36,141 bases of DNA, taken from positions 1 to 36,141 of the IMG/VR virus record IMGVR_UViG_3300026907_000063. One strand, written 5' to 3'. Position 1 is the first letter of the stretch. The number at the start of each line of letters is the position of its first letter. This stretch comes from a virus. Taxonomy: Duplodnaviria; Caudoviricetes. This document shows, in pieces, positions 16,880 through 25,632 of this stretch. Under the pieces are notes generated by a model, which worked only from the letters and a program-made list of their open reading frames with translations, did not search any database and had not been told where the DNA came from. Both the position numbers and the translations under genes were made by a program.

Positions 16880-17238
16880 GCATGTGCGGCTCCAAGATCG
16901 GCAAGATCATCAACAAGGTGACCAGCTTCCACGACAAGATCGACCCTATTGGTAAAGCCGTGCGCGATCCTGTCGAAGATGCCCTTGGCGTGCCGCGTAG
17001 TTCTCAACTGGGATCGTCTCTCTTTCCAGACCCCGAGGATGCCGCATCTGCCGTTGGAACAACCCAGCCGGCAACCGAGGCACCGGCCACCACCAGCAGC
17101 GATTCGGTACAGGCCGCACTCGACGCTGAACGCCGTCGTCGTCGTGCCGCAGCGGGCCAGAGCAGCACCATTCTGACCGGCTCGACTGGCGTGAGTGGTA
17201 CCGCCAGCACCAGTCAGAAAACACTGCTTGGGGTCTGA
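16876..17238 (+). CDS. Small virion protein upstream of portal (T7 gp6.7/7.3-like position)
   Basis: MSMCG start, low-complexity A/T/S region, C-terminal QKTLLG. Confidence 0.7.
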   Translation: MSMCGSKIGKIINKVTSFHDKIDPIGKAVRDPVEDALGVPRSSQLGSSLFPDPEDAASAVGTTQPATEAPATTSSDSVQAALDAERRRRRAAAGQSSTILTGSTGVSGTASTSQKTLLGV

Positions 17239-17239
17239 C

Positions 17240-18934
17240 ATGGCAACTCTTCGCGAGCAGCTGGACAAGCGCCTAGCGCGCCTGAAGAACGAGCGCGACA
17301 AGTCGTGGATGCCGCTGTGGCGCGATCTATCCCAGTACATCGAGCCGCTGGCCGGCCGCTACTGGAACGAGGAAGTGAACGAAGGCCGGCGCCGTGACGG
17401 GAAGATCATCAACCCGACCGCGTCGTTCGCGGCTCGCACCCTGGCCGCCGGCATGCATAGCGGCATGACCAGCCCGGCTTCGCCCTGGTTCAAGTTGGGA
17501 ACGCCAGACCAGGCGCTGATGGAGTTCGCCCCGGTCAAGACCTGGTTGTACGCCGCCGAAAACGCCATACGCGAAGTAATGTCCCGTTCGAACCTCTACA
17601 ACGTGCTGCCGAAGGTCTACCACGAAGAGGGCGTTTTCGGGTCTGGCGCCATGGCGGCGCTGCCGGACGAGCGTGATGTAGTGCGCTTCTACCCGTTCAC
17701 CATCGGCAGCTACATGCTGGCCACCAGCAACCGCCAGCAGGTCGACACGCTGTACCGCGAATTCAAGATGACCGCCCGCCAGATGGAACAGCAGTTCGGG
17801 CGCTCCGGTATGAGCGCGACAGCAGTCGGCTTGCTGACCAGCAACCCAGAGGCCTGGGTCGATGTGTGCCACGCCGTCGAACCGCGGGACAACCGCAACA
17901 CCCAGATGCGCGATGCCGCGAACATGCCTTACCGCTCGGTCTACTGGGAGAAAGGCCAGGATCGTGACGACGTTCTGCGCGAGTCTGGCTTTCGTGATTT
18001 CCCTGTCATGGCGCCGCGCTGGGACGTGCTGGGCGAAAACGTCTACGGCTCTGGCCCTGGCACTATCTGCCTGGGCGGGGTGAAGGCTCTGCAACTGATG
18101 GAGCGCCGCAAAGCAGAGCTGCTGGAGAAGGGCGTGCGTCCGCCTATGGGGGCGCCTGTCGAACTCAGGGGGATGCGTGCGTCTATCCTGCCGGGCGACA
18201 TCACCTACATGCCGGCATCGCAGCTTGGCGCCAAGTTCGAACCGCTGTATCAGGTCGATCCGACCTGGCTTGGCCAGCTGCGCGGCGAGATTGCCGCCGA
18301 AGAACAGCACATCGAAACGGCATTCTTCAGCGACCTGTTCCTGATGATCAGCCAGATGGACAGCGTGCGCACCGCCTATGAGATCGCCACGCGCAAGGAA
18401 GAGAAGATGTTGATGCTGGGCCCAGTGCTCGAGCGTCAGAACGACGATCTTCTGGATCCGCTGATCGACCAGGTGTTCCGGATCATGGTTGAACAGTCCG
18501 CCCCGCGTTGGGCTGGCCTTCTGCCGGGTGCGCCGCTGTTGCCACCACCACCGCAGGAACTGGCCGGCCTCGATCTGCGCGTCGAATACACCAGCATCCT
18601 GGCTCAGGCGCAGAAGACGCTGGAAGTCGCCAGTATTGAGCGTGCCATCGGCTTCTCGGGCACCGTGGCCGCCACTATGCAAAGCGGTGAACCGCTTGAC
18701 TTGCTTGATCCCGATGCAGCTATGCGCGAGTACTTCCAGGCCATCGGCGTTCCACCGACGCTGATCCGCGCAGAGGATCAGGTGGCCGCCATCCGCGAGC
18801 AGCGCGCCCAGGCCGAGCAGCAAGCCGCTATCCAACAGCAACTTGGCAGCGCCGTTGAGGGCGCCAAGCTGCTATCGGAGACCGACACAGGCGGCAATAA
18901 CGCCCTGACGCAACTGATGGGAGCCACGCAATGA
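17240..18934 (+). CDS. Portal / head-tail connector (T7 gp8, Bbp21-like)
   Basis: LAAGMHSGMTSPASPWF, PRWDVLGENVYG.GP, RTAYEIATRKEEKMLMLGPVLER. Confidence 0.93.
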   Translation: MATLREQLDKRLARLKNERDKSWMPLWRDLSQYIEPLAGRYWNEEVNEGRRRDGKIINPTASFAARTLAAGMHSGMTSPASPWFKLGTPDQALMEFAPVKTWLYAAENAIREVMSRSNLYNVLPKVYHEEGVFGSGAMAALPDERDVVRFYPFTIGSYMLATSNRQQVDTLYREFKMTARQMEQQFGRSGMSATAVGLLTSNPEAWVDVCHAVEPRDNRNTQMRDAANMPYRSVYWEKGQDRDDVLRESGFRDFPVMAPRWDVLGENVYGSGPGTICLGGVKALQLMERRKAELLEKGVRPPMGAPVELRGMRASILPGDITYMPASQLGAKFEPLYQVDPTWLGQLRGEIAAEEQHIETAFFSDLFLMISQMDSVRTAYEIATRKEEKMLMLGPVLERQNDDLLDPLIDQVFRIMVEQSAPRWAGLLPGAPLLPPPPQELAGLDLRVEYTSILAQAQKTLEVASIERAIGFSGTVAATMQSGEPLDLLDPDAAMREYFQAIGVPPTLIRAEDQVAAIREQRAQAEQQAAIQQQLGSAVEGAKLLSETDTGGNNALTQLMGATQ

Positions 18935-19245
18935 ATGCCGGCGACCATGCAGCTCAGAAGAAAGCCCGCCAGCGCGAGGCCAGGGAGCGCGAGCAGAACG
19001 ACAACGACTTCCGCTGGTTGATGAACGACCCGCGCGGCCGGCGCTTTCTGTGGCGAATGATCGGCCGATGCCGGGTGTTCCAGCTCTCCTACGACGCCCA
19101 CGGCGGCAGGATGAATTTCAACGAAGGCCAACGCGAAGTTGGCCTTTTTCTTTTGGGGCAGATCAACGAGCTGACGCCGGAGCTGTACGCGGTGATGGCC
19201 GGCGAGAACGCCCCGCAACCCCAAGAGGAACCGAATCATGACTGA
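18931..19245 (+). CDS. Bbp19-like protein
   Basis: WLMNDPRGRRFLWR, FNEGQREVGL; position after portal. Confidence 0.8.
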   Translation: MNAGDHAAQKKARQREAREREQNDNDFRWLMNDPRGRRFLWRMIGRCRVFQLSYDAHGGRMNFNEGQREVGLFLLGQINELTPELYAVMAGENAPQPQEEPNHD

Positions 19246-19888
19246 CGAAACCACTGGCGCCGCTCAGGAAACCACCGCCGCGGCGGCCACGGATCAACAG
19301 TCGGATACCTCGATCTTGACTGGCGGCGAACAGACCACTGAAACCCCGCAGGCCCCTGGCGATGGCCAGAAGCAAGAAGGGCAACAGCAGGAAGGCGCCG
19401 ACAAGACGAAAGAGGGGGGCGAGCAGTACGCCGACTTCACTCTGGGCGAAGGCATGGAAATGGATGCCGAGGTGCTTGGCCAGTTCCAGACCATCGCCAA
19501 GGGCTTGAACCTGACCCAGGAACAGGCTCAGGGGCTGATCGACCTGCAGGCCAACCTGGAAGGCAAGCGCGCCGAACAGCTGCAGAACGCAATGATCCAG
19601 CAGCGCCAGGGCTGGGCCGATGCGGTGAAGAACGACCCGGAGATCGGCGGCGCCAACTACGACGCCACGGTCGCCAGTGCAGTGAAAACCATGCAGGCGT
19701 TCGGCTCGCCCGAGCTGAAACAACTGCTCAACGACTCCGGTCTGGGCAATCACCCGGCGTTGGTGAGGTTCTGCCAGCGCATCGGCAACGCCATTTCCGA
19801 CGACAAGTTCGTCTTGCCTGGCAGCCAGACCACCAACAGCAACCAGCGTCCCGCCGACGTCCTGTTCGGCGATGTTTTCAACAAGTGA
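19238..19888 (+). CDS. Capsid scaffolding protein
   Basis: Acidic disordered N-terminus, LNLTQEQAQ, DPEIGG, GLGNHP; between portal and capsid. Confidence 0.82.
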   Translation: MTDETTGAAQETTAAAATDQQSDTSILTGGEQTTETPQAPGDGQKQEGQQQEGADKTKEGGEQYADFTLGEGMEMDAEVLGQFQTIAKGLNLTQEQAQGLIDLQANLEGKRAEQLQNAMIQQRQGWADAVKNDPEIGGANYDATVASAVKTMQAFGSPELKQLLNDSGLGNHPALVRFCQRIGNAISDDKFVLPGSQTTNSNQRPADVLFGDVFNK

Positions 19889-19899
19889 GGAAATGAATC

Positions 19900-20889
19900 A
19901 TGGCCGTACTGAGCACCACCAACCCGACGCTGGCGGATCTCGCTAAGCGCAAAGACCCGGACGGGAAGATCGCCAAGATCATCGAAATCCTGAACGGCAC
20001 CAACGAAATCCTGGATGACATGCCATGGATCGCTGCGAACGATGGCACCGGTCACAAGACCACTGTCCGCTCCGGCCTGCCGCAGGGTACCTGGCGCAAG
20101 CTGAACTACGGCGTACAGCCCGAGAAGTCGACCACCGTGCAGGTGCGTGACGGTACCGGCATGCTGGAAAGCTATGCGCAGGTCGACAAATCCCTGGCTG
20201 ATCTGGCCAAGGACAAGGAAGGCTTCATGCTCTCCGAGCACAAGGCTTTCATTGAGGGCATGTCCCAGAACATGGCCACCCAGATCATCTACGGTGACGC
20301 ATCGGTGAACCCGGAGCGGATCACCGGTCTGGCGCCGCGCTTCAACAGCAAGAGCGCGGAGAACGGCCAGAACATTCTGGACGCCGGCGGCACCGGTTCG
20401 AACAACACCTCCGTCTGGATCGTCTGCTGGGACGAAAGCACCGTTCACGGTATCTATCCGGACGGCTCCATTGGCGGCCTGAACGTCGGCGCAACCAAGC
20501 AGGAAACCCTGCAGGACGGCAACGGCGGCATGTATGAGGGCTACCGCACCCACTACAAGTGGGACAGCGGTCTGACCGTGCGCGACTGGCGCTACGTGGT
20601 GCGCATCGCAAACGTCGATGTGACTGCGTTGACCAAGAACGCATCGGCTGGCGCCGACCTGATCGACCTGCTGGTGCAGGCTGTCGAGCTGCTGCCGAAC
20701 CAGCGCGCCGGCCGCATTGCGATCTACGGCAACCGCACCATCCGTAGCTTCCTGCGCCGCCAGATCACCAACAAGTCGAACGTGTGGCTGAGCATGCAGG
20801 AAGTCGCCGGCAAGAAGGTTCTGGCCTTCGATGACATCCCGTTCCGTCGCGTAGACGCCATCCTCAATACCGAGGCACGCGTGGTGTAA
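19900..20889 (+). CDS. Major capsid protein (epsilon15 gp7/Bbp17-like)
   Basis: TLADLAKR, NEILDDMPW..AN, RSGLP..TWRKLNYG, GL.VRDWRYVVRIAN, DAILNTEARV. Confidence 0.93.
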   Translation: MAVLSTTNPTLADLAKRKDPDGKIAKIIEILNGTNEILDDMPWIAANDGTGHKTTVRSGLPQGTWRKLNYGVQPEKSTTVQVRDGTGMLESYAQVDKSLADLAKDKEGFMLSEHKAFIEGMSQNMATQIIYGDASVNPERITGLAPRFNSKSAENGQNILDAGGTGSNNTSVWIVCWDESTVHGIYPDGSIGGLNVGATKQETLQDGNGGMYEGYRTHYKWDSGLTVRDWRYVVRIANVDVTALTKNASAGADLIDLLVQAVELLPNQRAGRIAIYGNRTIRSFLRRQITNKSNVWLSMQEVAGKKVLAFDDIPFRRVDAILNTEARVV

Positions 20890-20930
20890 GCCACGCATCA
20901 CCATTCGGACAATCTTCAGGAGAACATCCC

Positions 20931-21362
20931 ATGTCCATCATCGATCGTTTCCTGCAGGTGTCGGTGAATCAGGCGGTGACCGCTTCGGCGCCATCGACTG
21001 ACGTCATCGACGCCGGCGCAACCAAGAACGCTGCTATCGGTCGCGATATCGGCGCCGGGACGCAGCTCTACATGGAGTTCACGGTTTCTTCCGCCGCCAC
21101 TGCTGCTGGCGCTGCAACCGTGACCTTCAGCGTTCAGGACTCGGCTGACAACTCGACGTTCGCTGACGTGATCGTTTCCGCGCCGATCTCGTTGGCCAAC
21201 CTGACCGCCGGCCGTTCGTACTACCTCCCGCTGCCTCCGGGTCTGCGTCGCTACATCCGCGGCAACTACACCGTGGCTACTGGCCCGCTGACTGGTGGCA
21301 CCTTCAACGCACAGGTTCTGGATGGCGCGAACTTCCAGCGTGCCTACCCCGACCTGCTGTAA
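20931..21362 (+). CDS. Capsid cement/decoration protein (Bbp16-like)
   Basis: QAVTASAPSTDVID, RRYIRGNYTVATGPLTGG; follows capsid gene. Confidence 0.85.
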   Translation: MSIIDRFLQVSVNQAVTASAPSTDVIDAGATKNAAIGRDIGAGTQLYMEFTVSSAATAAGAATVTFSVQDSADNSTFADVIVSAPISLANLTAGRSYYLPLPPGLRRYIRGNYTVATGPLTGGTFNAQVLDGANFQRAYPDLL

Positions 21363-21371
21363 GGAGCCGCC

Positions 21372-21710
21372 ATGAAGATTGCAGGCAGCATTCATGTGGT
21401 CGCCACCAAGCCGGGCTTCTACGGAAGCCTTCGCGACGTGGGCGACAAGTTCTACATCAAAACCGAGGAAGAACTCGGCAACTGGATGGAGCGGCTCGAC
21501 GCTGACGAATCCAGCGAAACCGAGCCGCCTCGTCCCGCGTATCGCGCGTACCACCGTGGCGGTGGCCGCTGGGGTATCGAGGACGCCAACGACCAGCCGT
21601 TCGGCGATTTCCTGGGCAGCAAGGAAGAAGCCCATGCCGAGGCTGATCGCTTGAATGCAGGCGGCACCAACAGCCCCGCACAGGAAAACCCGGATCTGCC
21701 GGACGCCTGA
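21372..21710 (+). CDS. Hypothetical head-associated protein
   Basis: AAGGAG RBS; two small domains (GFYGSLRDVGDKF..WM; HRGGGRW..SKEEA). Confidence 0.7.
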   Translation: MKIAGSIHVVATKPGFYGSLRDVGDKFYIKTEEELGNWMERLDADESSETEPPRPAYRAYHRGGGRWGIEDANDQPFGDFLGSKEEAHAEADRLNAGGTNSPAQENPDLPDA

Positions 21711-21726
21711 TCACCGCAACACCATT

Positions 21727-21751
21727 GGGCCCTTCGGGGCCCTTTCTTTTT
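21727..21751 (+). terminator. Intrinsic terminator after head genes
   Basis: GGGCCC-TTCG-GGGCCC then TTTCTTTTT. Confidence 0.85.
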
Positions 21752-21763
21752 CAGGACTCCCGA

Positions 21764-22363
21764 ATGGCCAGCGATATCGAAATTTGCAACCTGGCGCTCA
21801 CACGTATCGGCGTCACTCAGCCCATTGCGTCGTTCACTGAGCGCAGCAAGAGCGCGGAACTGTGCGCCGTGCTGTTTTCCTCAATGCGCGATCAGGTGCT
21901 GCGCGACTTCGACTGGCCGTTCGCGGAATCCGCTATTGCTCTGGCCGACATAGGCACCCCGGCCAATGGCTGGCTGTACCGCTATCGGTACCCGGCCAAC
22001 TGCCTCAAGGTTCGTGAGATCGTCCAGCCAGGCCAGCGTGCAGCCCTCAGCAGCGAAAGCCGCATTCCGTTCAAGATCGGTTATGCGCCAGGCGGGCAGG
22101 TGATCCATACCGATCAGCCCGAGGCGTGGGTGCTGTTCACTTTCGCGGTGACCGACTCCGGTTTTTTCGACTCGCTGTTCGTCAATGCGCTGACCTGGAA
22201 GCTGGCGGCAGAACTGTCAGTGGCCATCGCCTCGAAGGTCGATTACCGGCAGATGTGCGAGCAGCAGTACAACTTTGCCCTTGGTGATGCACAGTCGGCC
22301 GCCTACAACGAAGCGCAGGACACGCCGGAGCCTGAATCCGAGTTCGTGAGCGTGCGCCAATGA
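21764..22363 (+). CDS. Tail tubular protein A / adaptor
   Basis: EICNLAL..IG, DWPFA, YRYPANCL, FD.LFVNAL...LAAEL. Confidence 0.85.
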   Translation: MASDIEICNLALTRIGVTQPIASFTERSKSAELCAVLFSSMRDQVLRDFDWPFAESAIALADIGTPANGWLYRYRYPANCLKVREIVQPGQRAALSSESRIPFKIGYAPGGQVIHTDQPEAWVLFTFAVTDSGFFDSLFVNALTWKLAAELSVAIASKVDYRQMCEQQYNFALGDAQSAAYNEAQDTPEPESEFVSVRQ

Positions 22364-24705
22364 CCAGCGTTATTCAGCCAACTTTTGCAGCCGGCGAGCT
22401 GTCTCCATCAGCCCGGGCGCGGGTCGATATTGCCCGCTATTACACCGGACTACGCCTGTGCCGGAACTTCACCGTCATGCCCTATGGCGGCGTACGCAAT
22501 CGCCCTGGCACCCGCTTCGTGTGCGAGCTGAAAGACTCCAGCAAGACCGGACGCCTGCTGCCGTTCCAGTTCAACGACGAACAGACCTACGTGCTGGTGT
22601 TCGGCGATGAAACCATGCGCGTGGTGATGGACGGCGGCGAAGTGCTCTACAGCTCCGGCCCGAATGCTGGACAGCCGTTCGAGCTGGTAACGCCCTACGG
22701 CGTAGAGGATCTGGCGCTGCTCAACTACACGCAGTCAGCCGACGTGATGACCTTCGCCCACCCGAAGTACAAGCCGCGCGACCTGAGCCGACTCGGGCAT
22801 GACAACTGGACTATTGCAGAGATCAGCCTGGCACCGAAGATCGCTGCACCGGCCAGTGCCACCGCGACCAGCGCTGGTGGATCAGGCGTTGCGCAAACCT
22901 GGCGATACCAGGTCACGGCCGTTCTCGATGACGGCAGCATCATTGATGAATCGCTGCCGGCCACAACCGGCAACGTGACCGTGAACGCCGATACCCTACA
23001 GGCGACCGTCACCTGGGCGGCAGTTGCTGGGGCGAGCTACTACATCGTCTACAAGGACAATGCAGGTGCCGGCATTTACGGGTTCATTGGTCGCGCATCC
23101 GGACTGACCTTTACCGACAAGAACACCACGCCGATCAAGACCGACACCCCACCGAACACCAATGATCCATTCGTTGGCGCCGGAAACTACCCTGGCGCGG
23201 TCGGCTACTACCAGCAGCGCCTGACCTTCGCCGGCAGCGACAACAACCCGCAGACCGTGTGGATGAGCCGAACTGGTCTGTTCAAGAACTTCGGCTACTC
23301 GGTGCCGAGCAAGGACGATGACGCGATCACATTCACAATCGCGAGCAAGGAAGTGAACCGCATGCGCCATCTGTTGGGCCTGCGCTCGCTACTGGGGCTG
23401 ACATCTGGTGGGGAATGGACGTTCAACGGTGGATCCGATACCGGCCTGACCGCGAAGACCATCCAGGCCAATCAGGAAGGCTACGACGGATCGTCCACCG
23501 TGCAGCCTGTGGTGGTCGGCTCCAGCGCTGTCTACGTGCAGGCCCGCGGCAATCGCGTTTCGTCGTTCGGCTACAGCCTGGAGGCGGATGGATTCACGTC
23601 CGGCGACCTGACCCTTTTCAGCGCCCACCTGTTCAAGGGACGCGAGCTGGTACAGGTGGCCTATCAGAAGGTTCCGGACTCCATTGTCTGGTACCTGCGC
23701 GATGACGGCGTGCTGCTGGGCATGACCTACCTACCAGAGCAACAGCTGGTTGCCTGGCACCACCACGACACGGACGGCGTTATCGAGTCCATCGCCTGCG
23801 TTCCGGAGGGCCAGGAAGATGCGCTCTATCTGTTGGTGCGCCGCCAGATCAATGGCCAGACACGCCGCTATGTCGAGCGTATGGAAACCAGGCAGATACT
23901 CACCATCGAGGATGCGTTCTTTGTCGACTCCGGCCTGACTTATGACGGCCGCAACACCAGCGATTCGCAGTCGCTGACACTCAGCGGCGGTACCGACTGG
24001 AAATACCCGGAAGTGGTAACCATGATGGCCAACGGCTTCGCGCCATTCACTGCCGGCATGGAGGGCGTGCGCTACGCCCTGCGCACCACCTATGAGGATG
24101 CTGACGAGAACCCGGTAACCGAGGTGGTTCGCGTCGAGATCACCGAGGTGGTCAGCAGCACGGTCGCCAATGTGCAGTTGCAAATCATCTGTCCAGATTC
24201 ATTGCGCGACGTGCCGGTGATCGACTGGGCACGTCAGGTGCGCAGCGTTGTTGGCCTTGATCACCTGGAGGGCACGACCGTGAGCGTGCTGGCCGATGGC
24301 AACGTTCATCCACAGGCTGTTGTGACCGACGGCGCCATTACGCTGCAATCGCCGGCTGGCGTCGTTCATGTTGGCCTGCCCTATGTGGCGGACATGGAAA
24401 CCCTCGACCTTGAGCTGCAGGGCGCCAACGAAACCCTGCTCGATAAGAAACTGGCCGTGATGCGCCTGATCGTCCAAGTCGAAGAGTCGCGCGGCATCTT
24501 CGCCGGCAAGGACAAGGCTCACCTCTATGAGCACAAGGCCAGCCGCTCGAGCTACGAACTGCCGCTTGAAATGCTTACTGGCCAGGCCGAGATCGAGATT
24601 TCCAACGACTGGGAGACCAAGGGCAGGATATTCATCCGCCAGAGTGACCCGTTGCCACTTACCGTGCTGGCTGTGATTCCGGATGTGGTCATCGGTGGCC
24701 GCTGA
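22360..24705 (+). CDS. Tail tubular protein B / nozzle
   Basis: QPTFAAGELSP, GGVRNRPGT, YPGAVGYYQQRL, AWHHHDTDG, QSDPLPLTVLAV. Confidence 0.88.
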   Translation: MTSVIQPTFAAGELSPSARARVDIARYYTGLRLCRNFTVMPYGGVRNRPGTRFVCELKDSSKTGRLLPFQFNDEQTYVLVFGDETMRVVMDGGEVLYSSGPNAGQPFELVTPYGVEDLALLNYTQSADVMTFAHPKYKPRDLSRLGHDNWTIAEISLAPKIAAPASATATSAGGSGVAQTWRYQVTAVLDDGSIIDESLPATTGNVTVNADTLQATVTWAAVAGASYYIVYKDNAGAGIYGFIGRASGLTFTDKNTTPIKTDTPPNTNDPFVGAGNYPGAVGYYQQRLTFAGSDNNPQTVWMSRTGLFKNFGYSVPSKDDDAITFTIASKEVNRMRHLLGLRSLLGLTSGGEWTFNGGSDTGLTAKTIQANQEGYDGSSTVQPVVVGSSAVYVQARGNRVSSFGYSLEADGFTSGDLTLFSAHLFKGRELVQVAYQKVPDSIVWYLRDDGVLLGMTYLPEQQLVAWHHHDTDGVIESIACVPEGQEDALYLLVRRQINGQTRRYVERMETRQILTIEDAFFVDSGLTYDGRNTSDSQSLTLSGGTDWKYPEVVTMMANGFAPFTAGMEGVRYALRTTYEDADENPVTEVVRVEITEVVSSTVANVQLQIICPDSLRDVPVIDWARQVRSVVGLDHLEGTTVSVLADGNVHPQAVVTDGAITLQSPAGVVHVGLPYVADMETLDLELQGANETLLDKKLAVMRLIVQVEESRGIFAGKDKAHLYEHKASRSSYELPLEMLTGQAEIEISNDWETKGRIFIRQSDPLPLTVLAVIPDVVIGGR

Positions 24706-25156
24706 CGTTCGGCCGGCCACGCTCGATGACGTGGTCGTGGCTCTCCCCGATATTCGCCAGGCTGACCGCGACGAGATCGAAAGCGCGTTCGGCATCAGCA
24801 TGCGCGAGGCGATGGAGCAGGCTGTCACCGGCAGCCTGTCGGCTAGCGCCATCGTTCACGACGGCAAGATACTGGCGCTCTACGGTGATGCTGTGCACAG
24901 CATCCTTGGCCAGGTCGGGGTGCCTTGGCTGTTCAGCACGGTGCATGTCGAGCAGCACCCGCGCGAGTTCCTACGCGTTTGCCGGCCTGGTGTGGCCGGA
25001 ATGCTCTTGCGGCATCGTGAACTGATCAACTTCGTCGACGCTCGCAACACCGCCGCCGTGCGCTGGCTCAAGTGGCTTGGCTTCCAGTTTCAGGACGCAG
25101 TGCCCTACGGCATCCAGCGTCTTCCGTTCCACCCTTTCACCATGAACAGAGACTGA
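24683..25156 (+). CDS. GNAT-like protein (T7 gp13-like)
   Basis: IRQADRDE, NFVDARNTAAVRWLKWLGF; between nozzle and first ejection protein. Confidence 0.75.
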   Translation: MWSSVAADVRPATLDDVVVALPDIRQADRDEIESAFGISMREAMEQAVTGSLSASAIVHDGKILALYGDAVHSILGQVGVPWLFSTVHVEQHPREFLRVCRPGVAGMLLRHRELINFVDARNTAAVRWLKWLGFQFQDAVPYGIQRLPFHPFTMNRD

Positions 25157-25158
25157 CT

Positions 25159-25632
25159 ATGTGCTGGATGGCAGCTATCCCGGCAGCAATCGCCGTTGTC
25201 GGCGGCGTGATGAACGCGAACAACGCCCAGAACCAGGGCGCCTATCAGTCGGCTCTGCTGAAGCAGAACGCCGCATTCAAGGAACAGGCCGCCCAGGAAC
25301 TGGAGGTGGACGCCGCCAACGCTGCCGACTGGCAGCGCGTGCGCACCCAGCAGGCTATCGGCAGCCAGCGCACGGCATTCGCCGGCAACGGGATCGACGT
25401 GAACAGCGGTACCGCCGCGCAGATCCAGGACGAAACGGCGCAGCTTGGCGAACTGGACGCCCTGACCATCAAGAACAACGCCGCTCGCGAGGCGTATGGC
25501 TACCGCGTTGGCGCGAACCAGGATCTGTCCAATGCCCGGCAGGCGATCAGTAACGCCAAATCCAATGCTTTCGGCTCGATCCTTGGCGGCGTCGGCAGCG
25601 CCTTCGGTTCGTTTGCAGGGGGTATGTCCTGA
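25159..25632 (+). CDS. Small internal virion/ejection protein (T7 gp14-like)
   Basis: Starts MCWMAAIPAAI, like T7 gp14; A/Q/N-rich; Gly-rich hydrophobic C-terminus. Confidence 0.82.
   Translation: MCWMAAIPAAIAVVGGVMNANNAQNQGAYQSALLKQNAAFKEQAAQELEVDAANAADWQRVRTQQAIGSQRTAFAGNGIDVNSGTAAQIQDETAQLGELDALTIKNNAAREAYGYRVGANQDLSNARQAISNAKSNAFGSILGGVGSAFGSFAGGMS

Noticed and set aside
20860..20931. T7-like capsid frameshift or read-through extension
   Set aside because: No slippery site seen; clean TAA and a separate RBS for the cement gene
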